From a virus: DNA of 64,000 bases. A program made the translations under genes and the position numbers. The stretch lies in IMG/VR virus record IMGVR_UViG_3300009788_000087. One strand, given 5' to 3'. The notes below the pieces were generated by a model. That model had not been told where the DNA came from. It was given only the letters and a program-made list of their open reading frames with translations, and did not search any database. This document shows, in pieces, positions 46,182 through 55,986 of this stretch; positions within the stretch are counted from its first letter, which is position 1; the number at the start of each line of letters is the position of its first letter.

Positions 46182-49100
46182 CTATGAACCGCCACCGATC
46201 AAAAGCGGGAATTTCTTACCTGACTTATCTTTGTTTCTTCCGAATCTCGTCCAGACTTCAATCCTACCCTCAGGAACAAATTGTGTTTCTTGGTTTTTCC
46301 TTCTCTCATATGTCACTTTTGGACGTTCTAGCATGTGGCTCTCTACCACGAACTCATCGCCGATGAAATATGCACGAGCGGGAATTAGTTTCTTCACCAT
46401 CTCGATAAATGTTCGATCGAAGAATTCAAGCATATCTGCAAAAATAGTGAAGTTCAAACGACCTTGCAGACGCTTGAAGTAATTGTCTCGAAGTATTCGA
46501 ATATCATCATAATGAATTCGATACTTGTTTGCCGGGAATCCGATTGCTTGGTTTAATTCGTCGAGTGATACAAGCATCTGAACGATATCTTCATTTAATG
46601 CATCGATCATATTGAACTCTAGACTGACGATCTTCAAGTCATTAACGAAATCGGATCTTTTTAGTGTCGTTGTATTGAATGTACGAACTTTATCTTCATT
46701 CCATCCAAAGTCTAGTGATGCGATATAGTGGTATCTATTCAAAAACTTCTTGTAACTTTGTTGATCTGAAGCAAATAATAGACCATTAAGAAAACCTAAA
46801 GGATCTGGTATTGCAAGATTTTCGATATCTGAGATAAGAGTACCGACACTTTCATCTCCGCCATTAAGCCTTAGGTGAATCTTAAGATCACTAAGGTTTT
46901 CGTTAATGTCGTTAACGCCATAGCTTTGAAAGTTTATAGCATGATCATCAAGCTCATCTTTCGTTAAAACTCGATCCCAATATCTAATTTCTTGAGCCCA
47001 AAACTGACTCTGTGTAGTTTTACCAAGTGATGAACCGACACCATGTGTATCCGAACCGATGCCGCCGACTGTAATACTATTCCATTTTCCAACAAATATC
47101 TGACCACTTTCAACACTACCAGAACTTCCCACGGCAGATAAATCTATATCTCCACTTTCATCAATATGGCGTACTTCGATCGATATTGATGAACTCAATT
47201 GATTTTTAATAATAGCAACGTTGTACCACTCGTTGTTAAATATCCCTATGCTATCTGTCTTTATATTAAGACTAAGTGAATCAGAAGAAGAAAGAGCAAG
47301 AGTTCCTGTATGCGATCCAACACTATCTTTATGGTACCACAACCCCATACCTGTTGCTGCAGTGAAATCGCCTGTAGACATTAAAAAACCCTCTGTGAGA
47401 GTTGCTTGAATATCTGTCGAGGAAGTTAAAGGAAATCTAAATCTACCTTCTAGAGTAAAACTACCTGTGCCTTGAAATGATCCTGCCCCTAGTGGAAACC
47501 TAGCTTCAACACGACTAAGAACCGATCCTGACCCGAACCCAAGAGCATATACTGATTTATCTGCCGTTATTCGTTTAGTTTGAATGCTCACTTCTGGCTG
47601 GTGACTATACTCCTTTAATCTTACGAAATTTTCATTGACACCATATGCTCTTAGAAGAGACTTAACACTCTCACGTGTACCTTTCGTTTTATATAAGTGC
47701 ATGAGGTTAATGAGTGTCCTTCGCCAGAACTCATTTTTAATCTCAAATAATTTCTTATCAAGATCCTCATTCGACTGAACATTCTTGAGCACAGATCTTC
47801 CGATCAGATATTGGAATGCATCAGTATTCAAGAAGTTGCCAGTAAACTCCCAACCAAAGAATTTCGCAACAACGTCAAGTAATGCGTCAGGTGTTTGATC
47901 GAAATCGCTGTAGTTAACTTTTAGAACATTGATAAACTGATCGATGTTAGACTTGATTATATCGTAATGACGAGCTGCGATGAGGACGAAGTTCTTAAGA
48001 ACATCTGTCTGACCCTGTTGCAGCTCTTCAAGTTTAAAGAAATTCTCAGGCAACATGTCGGTAATTTTATTGCTGTTCTGTCTGTCGTAAGCACTTCCAG
48101 ATGCCTGCTGCACAGCGATATATTCTGATATATCCGAAGTATTGAGGTTTAGAATTAGATCTGGATCCTCTCTAACCAAAAATGTGCCGCTGTGTCTTAG
48201 TGCACTGTGATAGTTTTGAATACGACCATTTAATCCATGACCTGAATAGTCGAGAGCAATCTTGTTGTCTTCATTTTCGAATGCTGATCCCGTTGTGTTG
48301 AATCTATACAACGCATTGAGGTTCTTCTGTGCGAATTGTTTTACATTGAATGATGAGCTAATCTCCTGTATAGTTCGTGCCTTATTCCAGATCTTTACGT
48401 CATCTATAGATCCTGTAAACCATACATTTAATCCAGCCGTAACGGCCGGTAGTTCTAATGTACCAGAACCAATGTAGAGATTCTCAGCAGGAATGTCAAG
48501 GGCCTCATGTATATTAATTGAAGCAGACTGGGCTATGACTGGAAATTCTGTTTGACTGCCTGTTAAAATCGCAATTGAACCAGTAAACGATGATCGATTA
48601 AAGATACCTGCAACATATTGAATAGTACTAGGAGCAAATGGTGTTGAAACTGAATCTGCAACAGAACCTGACCTTACCATGAATGTTATGTTTGAGCCAG
48701 TCAGGAACAGAGAGTAACCGTAGCGTTCCGTCGATGATGAGCCGCTCATCTTTTGGATAAGCATCTGGAAATCGTCTGTGCCCGTTAGAGCAACAGACGG
48801 TTCATACCACATCTCAACAGTCAGCGAACCGGTTCCAGGACTCAGCAGACCATTTTTTGCCTTGCCGTTCTCACTGCCAATGTCTTCAATGGCGACGTAT
48901 GACTTAGCAATCGTTGGATCGATCCTTAAGTGACCAACAGACTTCGGCCAAGCTTTAACTACATGTTGTTGATATTGGTCTAAGTCATTTTCGAATCTCT
49001 CAATGTTTTCACATGTCCCGTCAAAAGGATATTCATTGAGTATCTTCTCACCAGTAATATTGAAATAATCAAGTGCTGAGTTGAAGAATACAAAGTTGTC

Positions 49101-49283
49101 AAAATCAGAATAGTCGATCTTTAGACGCGTCGTTTCAAGGTTAGAAATACGTTCAAGAATTAATCCTTGCTCTTCCTCATTACTAGAAATTGTTTCAAGA
49201 GTATGCGGATCGGTGGCTACAAGTCCGGACTCAATTTTTAACTGATCTCTAAAGAGATCAAATAGATCATTCGCCACTTCCAC
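46182..49283 (-). CDS. Large baseplate wedge-associated protein with two LamG domains (1033 aa)
   Basis: LamG motifs (LTVEMWY, IDDVKIWNKART..EI; WYNVAII, EIRYWDRVLT); the DFDQTPDALLD.VAKFFGW segment resembles wedge proteins of the P2 gpI/T4 gp7 type; next to gp6. Confidence 0.7.
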   Translation of the reverse strand: MEVANDLFDLFRDQLKIESGLVATDPHTLETISSNEEEQGLILERISNLETTRLKIDYSDFDNFVFFNSALDYFNITGEKILNEYPFDGTCENIERFENDLDQYQQHVVKAWPKSVGHLRIDPTIAKSYVAIEDIGSENGKAKNGLLSPGTGSLTVEMWYEPSVALTGTDDFQMLIQKMSGSSSTERYGYSLFLTGSNITFMVRSGSVADSVSTPFAPSTIQYVAGIFNRSSFTGSIAILTGSQTEFPVIAQSASINIHEALDIPAENLYIGSGTLELPAVTAGLNVWFTGSIDDVKIWNKARTIQEISSSFNVKQFAQKNLNALYRFNTTGSAFENEDNKIALDYSGHGLNGRIQNYHSALRHSGTFLVREDPDLILNLNTSDISEYIAVQQASGSAYDRQNSNKITDMLPENFFKLEELQQGQTDVLKNFVLIAARHYDIIKSNIDQFINVLKVNYSDFDQTPDALLDVVAKFFGWEFTGNFLNTDAFQYLIGRSVLKNVQSNEDLDKKLFEIKNEFWRRTLINLMHLYKTKGTRESVKSLLRAYGVNENFVRLKEYSHQPEVSIQTKRITADKSVYALGFGSGSVLSRVEARFPLGAGSFQGTGSFTLEGRFRFPLTSSTDIQATLTEGFLMSTGDFTAATGMGLWYHKDSVGSHTGTLALSSSDSLSLNIKTDSIGIFNNEWYNVAIIKNQLSSSISIEVRHIDESGDIDLSAVGSSGSVESGQIFVGKWNSITVGGIGSDTHGVGSSLGKTTQSQFWAQEIRYWDRVLTKDELDDHAINFQSYGVNDINENLSDLKIHLRLNGGDESVGTLISDIENLAIPDPLGFLNGLLFASDQQSYKKFLNRYHYIASLDFGWNEDKVRTFNTTTLKRSDFVNDLKIVSLEFNMIDALNEDIVQMLVSLDELNQAIGFPANKYRIHYDDIRILRDNYFKRLQGRLNFTIFADMLEFFDRTFIEMVKKLIPARAYFIGDEFVVESHMLERPKVTYERRKNQETQFVPEGRIEVWTRFGRNKDKSGKKFPLLIGGGS

Positions 49284-49425
49284 TCACCTCACAGAATTCA
49301 ATAAACTCATCCACGAGCTCATCATACTCTTTTTCAGACAATTCATTACATTCTAAGCAGTATGTTTCACAGCTTCCTCGAAGCTCATCTTCATATTCTC
49401 TTCTTGTCTTGTATTTGAACTCCAC
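49267..49425 (-). CDS. Small acidic Cys-containing hypothetical protein (52 aa, below the track cut-off)
   Basis: GTG overlaps the upstream TAG; reads MEFKYKTRREYEDELRGSCETYCLECNELSEKEYDELVDEFIEFCEVSGSGE; fills the 140-nt gap. Confidence 0.45.
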   Translation of the reverse strand: MEFKYKTRREYEDELRGSCETYCLECNELSEKEYDELVDEFIEFCEVSGSGE

Positions 49426-50801
49426 TATATGACCCTAAACCTAAAGTCTTGATTGACTTTTTGTAGTTGTCCATCAATCTCAAAGAAAAACACGAGATTA
49501 TACACTTCTCTCTGTGATAGACTGCTCATAAAGAATTTGAAGTAGTTTCCATTCTTATCATATGACAATCTAGTAGTTTCTAATGTTCCTGTGCCAAGAG
49601 GAATTACATTTTTCTCAGTAAGTGCATTGTCAACACGATAATATCCCTTTGTGATGACAGTGTTGCCCATTTTAAGAGATCCTGTTAGTACAACTGCAGG
49701 ATTATAGGATCTTGTACGAACAAAGAGATTAAAGCGAATATCTTCATTTAACTCATACTCTTTTTTAAGATTCTTTACACTAACGACATGCTGTTCTTGC
49801 TTGTTTTCCTCGAATGGACCATCTTTAAATGGTGTAAACGTACCAGTTAAATATGATACGCTTGACGAGTGCCAAACATCATTAAATCTTGAACCAGAAT
49901 ATGATGCAGACGTAAATGTGAATGATGCACTGTATATTCCTGTCAATCCAGTGTGAGATCCAGATATTTGTTGGATAAATGAACCGCTTGGGTCTTGGAT
50001 TGTTACTGTTAAGACTTCACCGGATGTCCCGATTCCAGCAATATTTGCTAAAGTTCCTTTTGATTTATTGTAGAGGAATAACGTGTTTGAAGCATCGAAA
50101 GCAAGATTATCCCTATCATCCTTTAGTGAATCATCCCATCTCATTTCAATGGATGGTCTTTTATCTAAGAAATTTGTTTCACGACCATGAAATTTCTTTC
50201 TAAAGTAATTGATACTATCAGTTTCTTCTGCATCTGTGAGCTTGAGTAAGAAACCATTATTTGGAAGACCACCAGTTAACCAAGCACCTACAATATTTGT
50301 TACATCAACCTCTATATCTTCATTCCCTGTTACAAACGATGCAGTATTAATCGAAGTCGTAAGGAAATCACTTCCAGTTGTTGTCCAAAGAATTGCTCGT
50401 GTCGCTTTATCCCAGTTTGCCTCTCCTTTATCGAGATATTCTTCATGGTCAATACCAACACCCTCTGTCCAGGATTGTGACAAAGGTATAATGTCAAGAT
50501 CAAAGCTTGTTGGAACCGTATCAACGTGGATCGCGTTAGTCATCCTAAGCACGTACGTAGAACCGGTTGATGGAGCTCTACCAGACGCTGTGAGTGCAGC
50601 TATTCCAGATAAATCAAACTGAAGTAGTGTCCTTGCAAGACTAGCCGTCGCGGTTACTGTCAAAGATCCAGAAATTCCTCTCTTCTTGAAGATCTCAAGT
50701 ATCTCAGATGCACCGAAGTTTGATCCAGTCATCTGTACAGCATTTTTCTGCACATTCGTAATAAATGTGTCTTTCTCAGGGTATATTCTGAAGATCGCCA
50801 T
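49425..50801 (-). CDS. Baseplate-region protein with DNRLRE-like carbohydrate-binding domain (458 aa)
   Basis: IYPEKDTFIT...NFGASEILEI...RTLLQFDL...W.EG.G...NW...NNGFLLK pattern; eight [ST]GS motifs. Confidence 0.65.
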   Translation of the reverse strand: MAIFRIYPEKDTFITNVQKNAVQMTGSNFGASEILEIFKKRGISGSLTVTATASLARTLLQFDLSGIAALTASGRAPSTGSTYVLRMTNAIHVDTVPTSFDLDIIPLSQSWTEGVGIDHEEYLDKGEANWDKATRAILWTTTGSDFLTTSINTASFVTGNEDIEVDVTNIVGAWLTGGLPNNGFLLKLTDAEETDSINYFRKKFHGRETNFLDKRPSIEMRWDDSLKDDRDNLAFDASNTLFLYNKSKGTLANIAGIGTSGEVLTVTIQDPSGSFIQQISGSHTGLTGIYSASFTFTSASYSGSRFNDVWHSSSVSYLTGTFTPFKDGPFEENKQEQHVVSVKNLKKEYELNEDIRFNLFVRTRSYNPAVVLTGSLKMGNTVITKGYYRVDNALTEKNVIPLGTGTLETTRLSYDKNGNYFKFFMSSLSQREVYNLVFFFEIDGQLQKVNQDFRFRVI

Positions 50802-52621
50802 TATTTTGCCACACCGGAAATATCTTTATTCGGGTATTTGATCTCAAAGATCGCATTATCTGGACAGTAAACAATGTTATTATTTGTTTGTGATTGGACG
50901 TCAAACCTCGACTGCGAAAAGCCAAAACCATCTACTGTACCAAACACATTCCTGAATTTTAACTCATAAACTGAAATCACGCCCAGCACGCTCTGTAATT
51001 CAGCAGATAGATCAGACAAGACAATTGGTTGACCAATCTGCTGTCTATCAATATCGAAGTAATCCTTGCTTACAGACAAGCACTTGGCTAAAACCTCTGA
51101 TCTATTGAACTTTGGTGCTACAACAATACCAAAATCAAACTTCAAGTTTATGATATCACCGTCGAGGATATTAACACCATCAGTAATCATCCTAAACTGT
51201 GATACATATCTCATGATATTTTTCTTGAGACCTTGAGATGCGACATCAAGCTGTCCATTTTGGTCTTTTGTTAGAATATGCATATCAAGTGCGAGTGAAT
51301 TAGCGTTATTTCGCTTAACAAAGACCTTATCAGGCTTCCCGAATTTCTCAGGAAGCGTCATAATCCTCGCAATAAAGTCCTCTTTAGTCACAACGCGATT
51401 TTGCGTTGCAAAAAACGCGCCCGCGTTAGCTTTTACTTCACTAATTGTTTCAATTGAACTGCCGCCGTCGGTTTTTGTTAGGTTAATACATTCAATCGAG
51501 TTGTTAACCGCTGATTTCTTGGCTGTGTCAAGGTTTGTTGAGCTGAAAGTGAGTGTTGCATTTTCAACATTCTTTATTGCGCCTGCTGCTACATTTGTTT
51601 CACTGCCGCCGCCGACTCTATACCGGACAGTGACAGTCACGTTGAATGGGCTAAGCCCCAAACTACGCGTTTTTAGGAAATTCTGTGGATCTAGAGGGAA
51701 TGTTGTAAACGTTTTGCGGCCTGCAAGTGGAAGTGCAAGGTCAGCGAGGTTTGGAATGAGCTCATCATCGAAATTAATGCCGTCACCGGAACCAAATATC
51801 AATGATGTCTTACGTGTCTCTGGATTTCTATCAGTTATGAAGCGTCTCGGAACAGTAAGCAGCTTAAGTGTGTACGGTACCTCACTGCTATCTGTGCCTG
51901 TATTCGTGTCACTGTCAAATACTGTATCCTGCGCAAGGAAATCAACCTCTGTCCATTCATTTCCATCACTATCAGTAACTGAAATTACTTCTAGTACGTC
52001 CTGTTCAGATAATTCAATTGTTTTAAATTGCTCGAAGTCACCAAGTATGAATGCGTCTGACTTTGTTTCACCCGCAATGACCTCAACAGACTTTCTAAGC
52101 GCAAAATGTGTTGGAAGACCGGTATTGCTGTCAAATTGCGAACCCGTGACTTCACGACCATCTGAAGCACTGAACACAATATCTTCAAGCGACTCGTATG
52201 GCTGACCATTGTTACTGCTGGCGCGGGCGCCTTTGACTAGTCGTGGAGAGAAAACGTCATCAGGGATAATTTCACCTTTTGTATTCGATGTCGATGGCAC
52301 TTCAACCATGAAATGCAATTGTCCGCGGGCAGCGCGCGGACCTTTTGGTTTATAACCTAGGCTTTTTGCAAATGAAACGACATTCTTTTCTTGTCTAGCA
52401 GACTCTTGTTTAAGCTCATTAAATGATTGATCTAAGTAGAATGATAGCACATCACCGATATATGCATTGAGCTCAAGTAGTACCATACCTGGAGATGATT
52501 CGTTGAAGTCTTGAAACACTCCGCTATGGTGTGCTTGTGTGAACTTAATAAGATCACGCTTGAAACCATCAAAGTCTTTATTCAAGAACTTAATCGTCTT
52601 ATCTTTGAGAAACTCAGCCAT
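50801..52621 (-). CDS. gp6: Baseplate wedge subunit, T4 gp6/baseplate-J-like (606 aa)
   Basis: DFDGFK.DL, DFNESSPGMVLLEL.AYIGDVLSFYLD, FGSGDG, YRVGGG, QNRVVTKEDF. Confidence 0.92.
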   Translation of the reverse strand: MAEFLKDKTIKFLNKDFDGFKRDLIKFTQAHHSGVFQDFNESSPGMVLLELNAYIGDVLSFYLDQSFNELKQESARQEKNVVSFAKSLGYKPKGPRAARGQLHFMVEVPSTSNTKGEIIPDDVFSPRLVKGARASSNNGQPYESLEDIVFSASDGREVTGSQFDSNTGLPTHFALRKSVEVIAGETKSDAFILGDFEQFKTIELSEQDVLEVISVTDSDGNEWTEVDFLAQDTVFDSDTNTGTDSSEVPYTLKLLTVPRRFITDRNPETRKTSLIFGSGDGINFDDELIPNLADLALPLAGRKTFTTFPLDPQNFLKTRSLGLSPFNVTVTVRYRVGGGSETNVAAGAIKNVENATLTFSSTNLDTAKKSAVNNSIECINLTKTDGGSSIETISEVKANAGAFFATQNRVVTKEDFIARIMTLPEKFGKPDKVFVKRNNANSLALDMHILTKDQNGQLDVASQGLKKNIMRYVSQFRMITDGVNILDGDIINLKFDFGIVVAPKFNRSEVLAKCLSVSKDYFDIDRQQIGQPIVLSDLSAELQSVLGVISVYELKFRNVFGTVDGFGFSQSRFDVQSQTNNNIVYCPDNAIFEIKYPNKDISGVAK

Positions 52622-52636
52622 CTACATTAGTCTCCA

Positions 52637-53032
52637 CTACGTCGTAACTATGAATGTCGAACGACCCTGAAGGTCTGGTTTGCTCGTTAGCCTGTATGCC
52701 ATGACTACGCCGATCCCGTTCTCTGGTATTTCAGGTAGGTCATCTGAAAATAGTACATTGAGCTCATTTAATTCAACAAATGGAAGCCAAAGTGCCATCT
52801 GATTGTTGATTCGATCTGCGATTTGTCCCCTGAGTTCATTGCTATTCTTTTGCTGGAAGATGAACTCACGGAGATTGCATCCGAAATTGAAATGCATTAC
52901 ACGCTCGCCCCAGTTTGTTATAAGGATTGAGCGTATATCGTTCTCAACAGCTTCAAGCTCGGTCTCCGTTACTTGGAAATGACCAAGCGAGCCAGTCGTG
53001 ACGTTGAATGGTACAGTAAATCCGATCGACAT
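52637..53032 (-). CDS. gp25: Baseplate wedge/sheath initiator, gp25-like (131 aa)
   Basis: IRSILITNWGERVMHFNFGCNLREFIF...WLPFV.L. Confidence 0.9.
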   Translation of the reverse strand: MSIGFTVPFNVTTGSLGHFQVTETELEAVENDIRSILITNWGERVMHFNFGCNLREFIFQQKNSNELRGQIADRINNQMALWLPFVELNELNVLFSDDLPEIPENGIGVVMAYRLTSKPDLQGRSTFIVTT

Positions 53033-53039
53033 TCTACCG

Positions 53040-53045
53040 TAAGTA
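53040..53045 (-). promoter_or_regulatory. Candidate late-promoter element TACTTA, 7 nt before the gp25 ATG
   Basis: TAnTTA in the 44-nt spacer; no SD before the ATG. Confidence 0.4.
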
Positions 53046-53076
53046 GGATGTCAGAACGGTATTTTAAGATGGCGCT

Positions 53077-53550
53077 TTAAGCTAGTTTAACTATTGCTGT
53101 AATTCCAGTAGATATGTTAGTAGTTGTTACCACAATTGTGGTCGTGTATCTATGGAGAGCGGCTGCCAGTTCACGTGCGGCGCGAGCTTTATCTTCCATA
53201 TTTCGAATGATACCCGCAGCTATACCCAACTGAACAGCTGCACCTATAGCGGATGTCGTGATACCGGTGAATCCAGGACCTGCCCATACTGCAGGCGTCC
53301 AGTATGATATCATAGCTAGCTCAAGGCTAGCGAAAAACTGTCCAAACCCTACTGAGGCAAGCTGTGACTCAATGGTCACTTTAACTAGTCCTGAGGGCGT
53401 CGTCAGTCCTGCGACTGCTCCTTGAGCATAGTCATGGTATACCTTTGCCCATCGTCGAGCGGCATCTAGCTTCGACGCTGGTGGATTGTTCTGTAGTGCT
53501 GTAAATCCATCGACCAGCTTCTGCTTGATGAGTGGCACACTACTTACCAT
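53077..53550 (-). CDS. Hypothetical baseplate-region protein (157 aa)
   Basis: Ala-rich ORF between the spike and gp25. Confidence 0.7.
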   Translation of the reverse strand: MVSSVPLIKQKLVDGFTALQNNPPASKLDAARRWAKVYHDYAQGAVAGLTTPSGLVKVTIESQLASVGFGQFFASLELAMISYWTPAVWAGPGFTGITTSAIGAAVQLGIAAGIIRNMEDKARAARELAAALHRYTTTIVVTTTNISTGITAIVKLA

Positions 53551-54187
53551 CCACTTTTACAAATGTTGATAGATGAGCATTCGATATGATATTCGGTATC
53601 GATGATGGTACAGGATTACTCGAAGGTCCTGTTGGTGTTAGATGAATATGACCCTTGAAGTCCTGAGTGAATGTCTTTCCACGTATCACAGCTTCTGCAA
53701 CTTTCTCTATCGCTTTGTTGCTGAGATATATCTGTGGACCTTCGAGGATTATCTTTCCATCTTTCACAATGATGTGTGAATCACCCACGACAATGCGAAA
53801 ATCCTTTCGTGCAACGAATCTGATAGAATCAGACTTTATTATTGCTGCAGGAGTTTCATTTGCGTTCGTGCCAGCTTCTCTACTTGGCAAGTCTTCGATT
53901 TGCAGGTTCTTATCGACATCTGTTTTCATGGACACGTAGATATATGACATGTCTGTGTCAAAATTTGGATTAACGCTAGATCTACCAGCAATCAAGTGCC
54001 ACGAACCTGCACTCTTGCCCTCACCAGGAGCATTTATATGCCCATGACCTGAATCAAGAGGAGCTTCTCCGGGCGCTGCTCTATCGGCGCCACAAATCAT
54101 TGTGACATTATTTGACCCTTCAATAACTCTATCACCGTATCGTCTTATGAATCCTGGAACTTCTTCTTTAACAATATCATATGACAT
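53540..54187 (-). CDS. Central spike C-terminal part (beta-helix with HxH tip motif), gp5/gpV-like
   Basis: AIIKSDSIRFVARKDFRI, IILEGPQIYL, and terminal GHIHLTPTGPSS.P metal-binding tip motif. Confidence 0.65.
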   Translation of the reverse strand: MSYDIVKEEVPGFIRRYGDRVIEGSNNVTMICGADRAAPGEAPLDSGHGHINAPGEGKSAGSWHLIAGRSSVNPNFDTDMSYIYVSMKTDVDKNLQIEDLPSREAGTNANETPAAIIKSDSIRFVARKDFRIVVGDSHIIVKDGKIILEGPQIYLSNKAIEKVAEAVIRGKTFTQDFKGHIHLTPTGPSSNPVPSSIPNIISNAHLSTFVKVDGK

Positions 54188-54189
54188 GT

Positions 54190-54813
54190 CTAAGAGTCTC
54201 CAAAAAGAACTGTGAGAGCAGCGCTTACGACTCTTTCACCTGCATCACGATCTGTCGTAAGCGCTGTATTGTCTTCCGCTAATTCTGCAGAATCATCATA
54301 AAGAGATGTAAGACGAGCTGTTTCACTCGCTTCAAATGAATCCTGACCGCGAAAATAATTTACATTCTGGTGACCTGGGACTTTGCCAAACCACAATCCA
54401 TGCTGAAAGTCTGTATCTTCGAAGGTCACATAGACGTGCTCGCCTGGTTTGATTGGCATTGCGTCATGATCAGGGAACATTGGCCAAAATACTCGAAGTG
54501 AGTCATCATCGTCATACTGATCTAATCCAGCAGTGATGATGCGTGCCTTGATACTATTGCGCGGATTCAACGGGCCAACATTCGCTGGTACTTCAAATTC
54601 TCGTTTGTCTATGACATGCGCTAGTCCACCCTCACCCTCTGGATTTTCTAACAGTCCACCTTCTACATCGATTGCTATAACGACGGCGCGCCACCAAACT
54701 TGTACATTTTCATCTTTATCCCACAGCTCACCACGTACACTTTTATTGATGAGTTCTGAGAGAAAGACCTCTGGTCTTCGGAATTTCTCAATCGTTTGGA
54801 ATTTTTTAGCCAT
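54190..54813 (-). CDS. Central spike N-terminal OB-fold-like part
   Basis: RNSIKARII...FWPMFP...PIKPGEHVYVTF resembles the gp5/gpV OB-fold (W..P....P..GE.V.V.F). Confidence 0.55.
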   Translation of the reverse strand: MAKKFQTIEKFRRPEVFLSELINKSVRGELWDKDENVQVWWRAVVIAIDVEGGLLENPEGEGGLAHVIDKREFEVPANVGPLNPRNSIKARIITAGLDQYDDDDSLRVFWPMFPDHDAMPIKPGEHVYVTFEDTDFQHGLWFGKVPGHQNVNYFRGQDSFEASETARLTSLYDDSAELAEDNTALTTDRDAGERVVSAALTVLFGDS

Positions 54814-54822
54814 CTAAGATAT

Positions 54823-54996
54823 CTAGTCTCCACCTCTCTTTTCTAGTTCATCTGTGATGATTCGAACCTCTTCTCGTAAACGACCAATCTTCTCGAGAAG
54901 AGGACCAGCTTCTTTAAGCTTATCGTCCAGACTAATCAACAATGCTGCTACACGAGCTTTAAGGTCATCAACATCACATACAGAAAGATCAGGCAT
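54823..54996 (-). CDS. Small coiled-coil protein (57 aa)
   Basis: Heptad pattern; start reassigned to MPDLS. Confidence 0.6.
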   Translation of the reverse strand: MPDLSVCDVDDLKARVAALLISLDDKLKEAGPLLEKIGRLREEVRIITDELEKRGGD

Positions 54997-55306
54997 CTGC
55001 TGTTCTCCCCAGTGGTTTTGCTTCAATTACGTCAAATAGACTATCTTTGTCGTCTTTCGTAAGATTTTTATTATCTGTAGTTTCTGGCTTCTCAAGCTTC
55101 TGCTTAAGCTTTGCAAGCTCCACTACCTGGCCAGTCTGCTTAGTGAGAGAATCAACGATCTTCACAAGATTATCACTGATAGCCTGACGTACGAATGGAT
55201 CAGCTGCACCTTGTTCATTGAGCTCATCATAGAGTGTTTCTAGACGCTTTCTATCAGCTGTAATATTCTCTAGCGCCTTCAGTATATAGTCTTCTGATTG
55301 CTTCAC
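54989..55306 (-). CDS. Coiled-coil hypothetical protein (105 aa)
   Basis: ORF track; helical; downstream of the sigma factor. Confidence 0.7.
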   Translation of the reverse strand: MKQSEDYILKALENITADRKRLETLYDELNEQGAADPFVRQAISDNLVKIVDSLTKQTGQVVELAKLKQKLEKPETTDNKNLTKDDKDSLFDVIEAKPLGRTADA

Positions 55307-55311
55307 AATCT

Positions 55312-55983
55312 TTAATATCCCTCAGTAAAATACTTTGACTTCCACTTTGCATAAAGCTCACGCATCTTCTTAAGATTCATTGCGACTTGCTTCTCGTTCA
55401 GTCCAGTCATTTCCCTTAAATAAAGATACACTGCTTTCTTGTTATAAATAGTGACTAGTTCTGGATTACTCATGAGAAAGATCACGGCTTCTAAAACTTT
55501 TCTCTCATTCTTCTTGACAAGCTTTGAACGCCAGAAGTCAAGCTCAGTAAAGAGACTCTTCCAGAATTCCTGCTCAAGAACGTCATCTTCATGTGGAGAA
55601 TATGTCATCGAGGGATTGTCACGTATTGAATCACTATCGACTCCCACGTGCAATTCGCGCTCAATCCTGTTCTTCTTCGCTCTTTCTCTCGTCTTTTGGA
55701 TAAACCAGTTCTTTGCTACGACGTTAAAATAAGAGAATCCTTTCGTCCCTTTTTCAGGATCAAACTTCGGTAACATCTCATACAAGTTTGCTAAGCAATC
55801 CTGCTTAAGAGTTTCGACATCATCGATTGTAAAAAATTTGTACACAAAGATAAGATTCTCGATCAGTTTCTCAAATGCAGGTCGAATGCCTTCATTGAAT
55901 AGAGCATGTTTATTTTCTGAATCTTCAGTCTTAAGAAATTTCTTAATGTACTCGTCAGTTTCTTTTGTAAAATATTGTGGCAT
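55312..55983 (-). CDS. gp55: Phage late-transcription sigma factor, gp55-like (223 aa)
   Basis: YFTKET, LKQDCL..LYEMLPKFDPEKGTKGFSYFNVVAKN (sigma region 2), KKAVYLYLREMTG. Confidence 0.85.
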   Translation of the reverse strand: MPQYFTKETDEYIKKFLKTEDSENKHALFNEGIRPAFEKLIENLIFVYKFFTIDDVETLKQDCLANLYEMLPKFDPEKGTKGFSYFNVVAKNWFIQKTRERAKKNRIERELHVGVDSDSIRDNPSMTYSPHEDDVLEQEFWKSLFTELDFWRSKLVKKNERKVLEAVIFLMSNPELVTIYNKKAVYLYLREMTGLNEKQVAMNLKKMRELYAKWKSKYFTEGY

Positions 55984-55986
55984 AAT

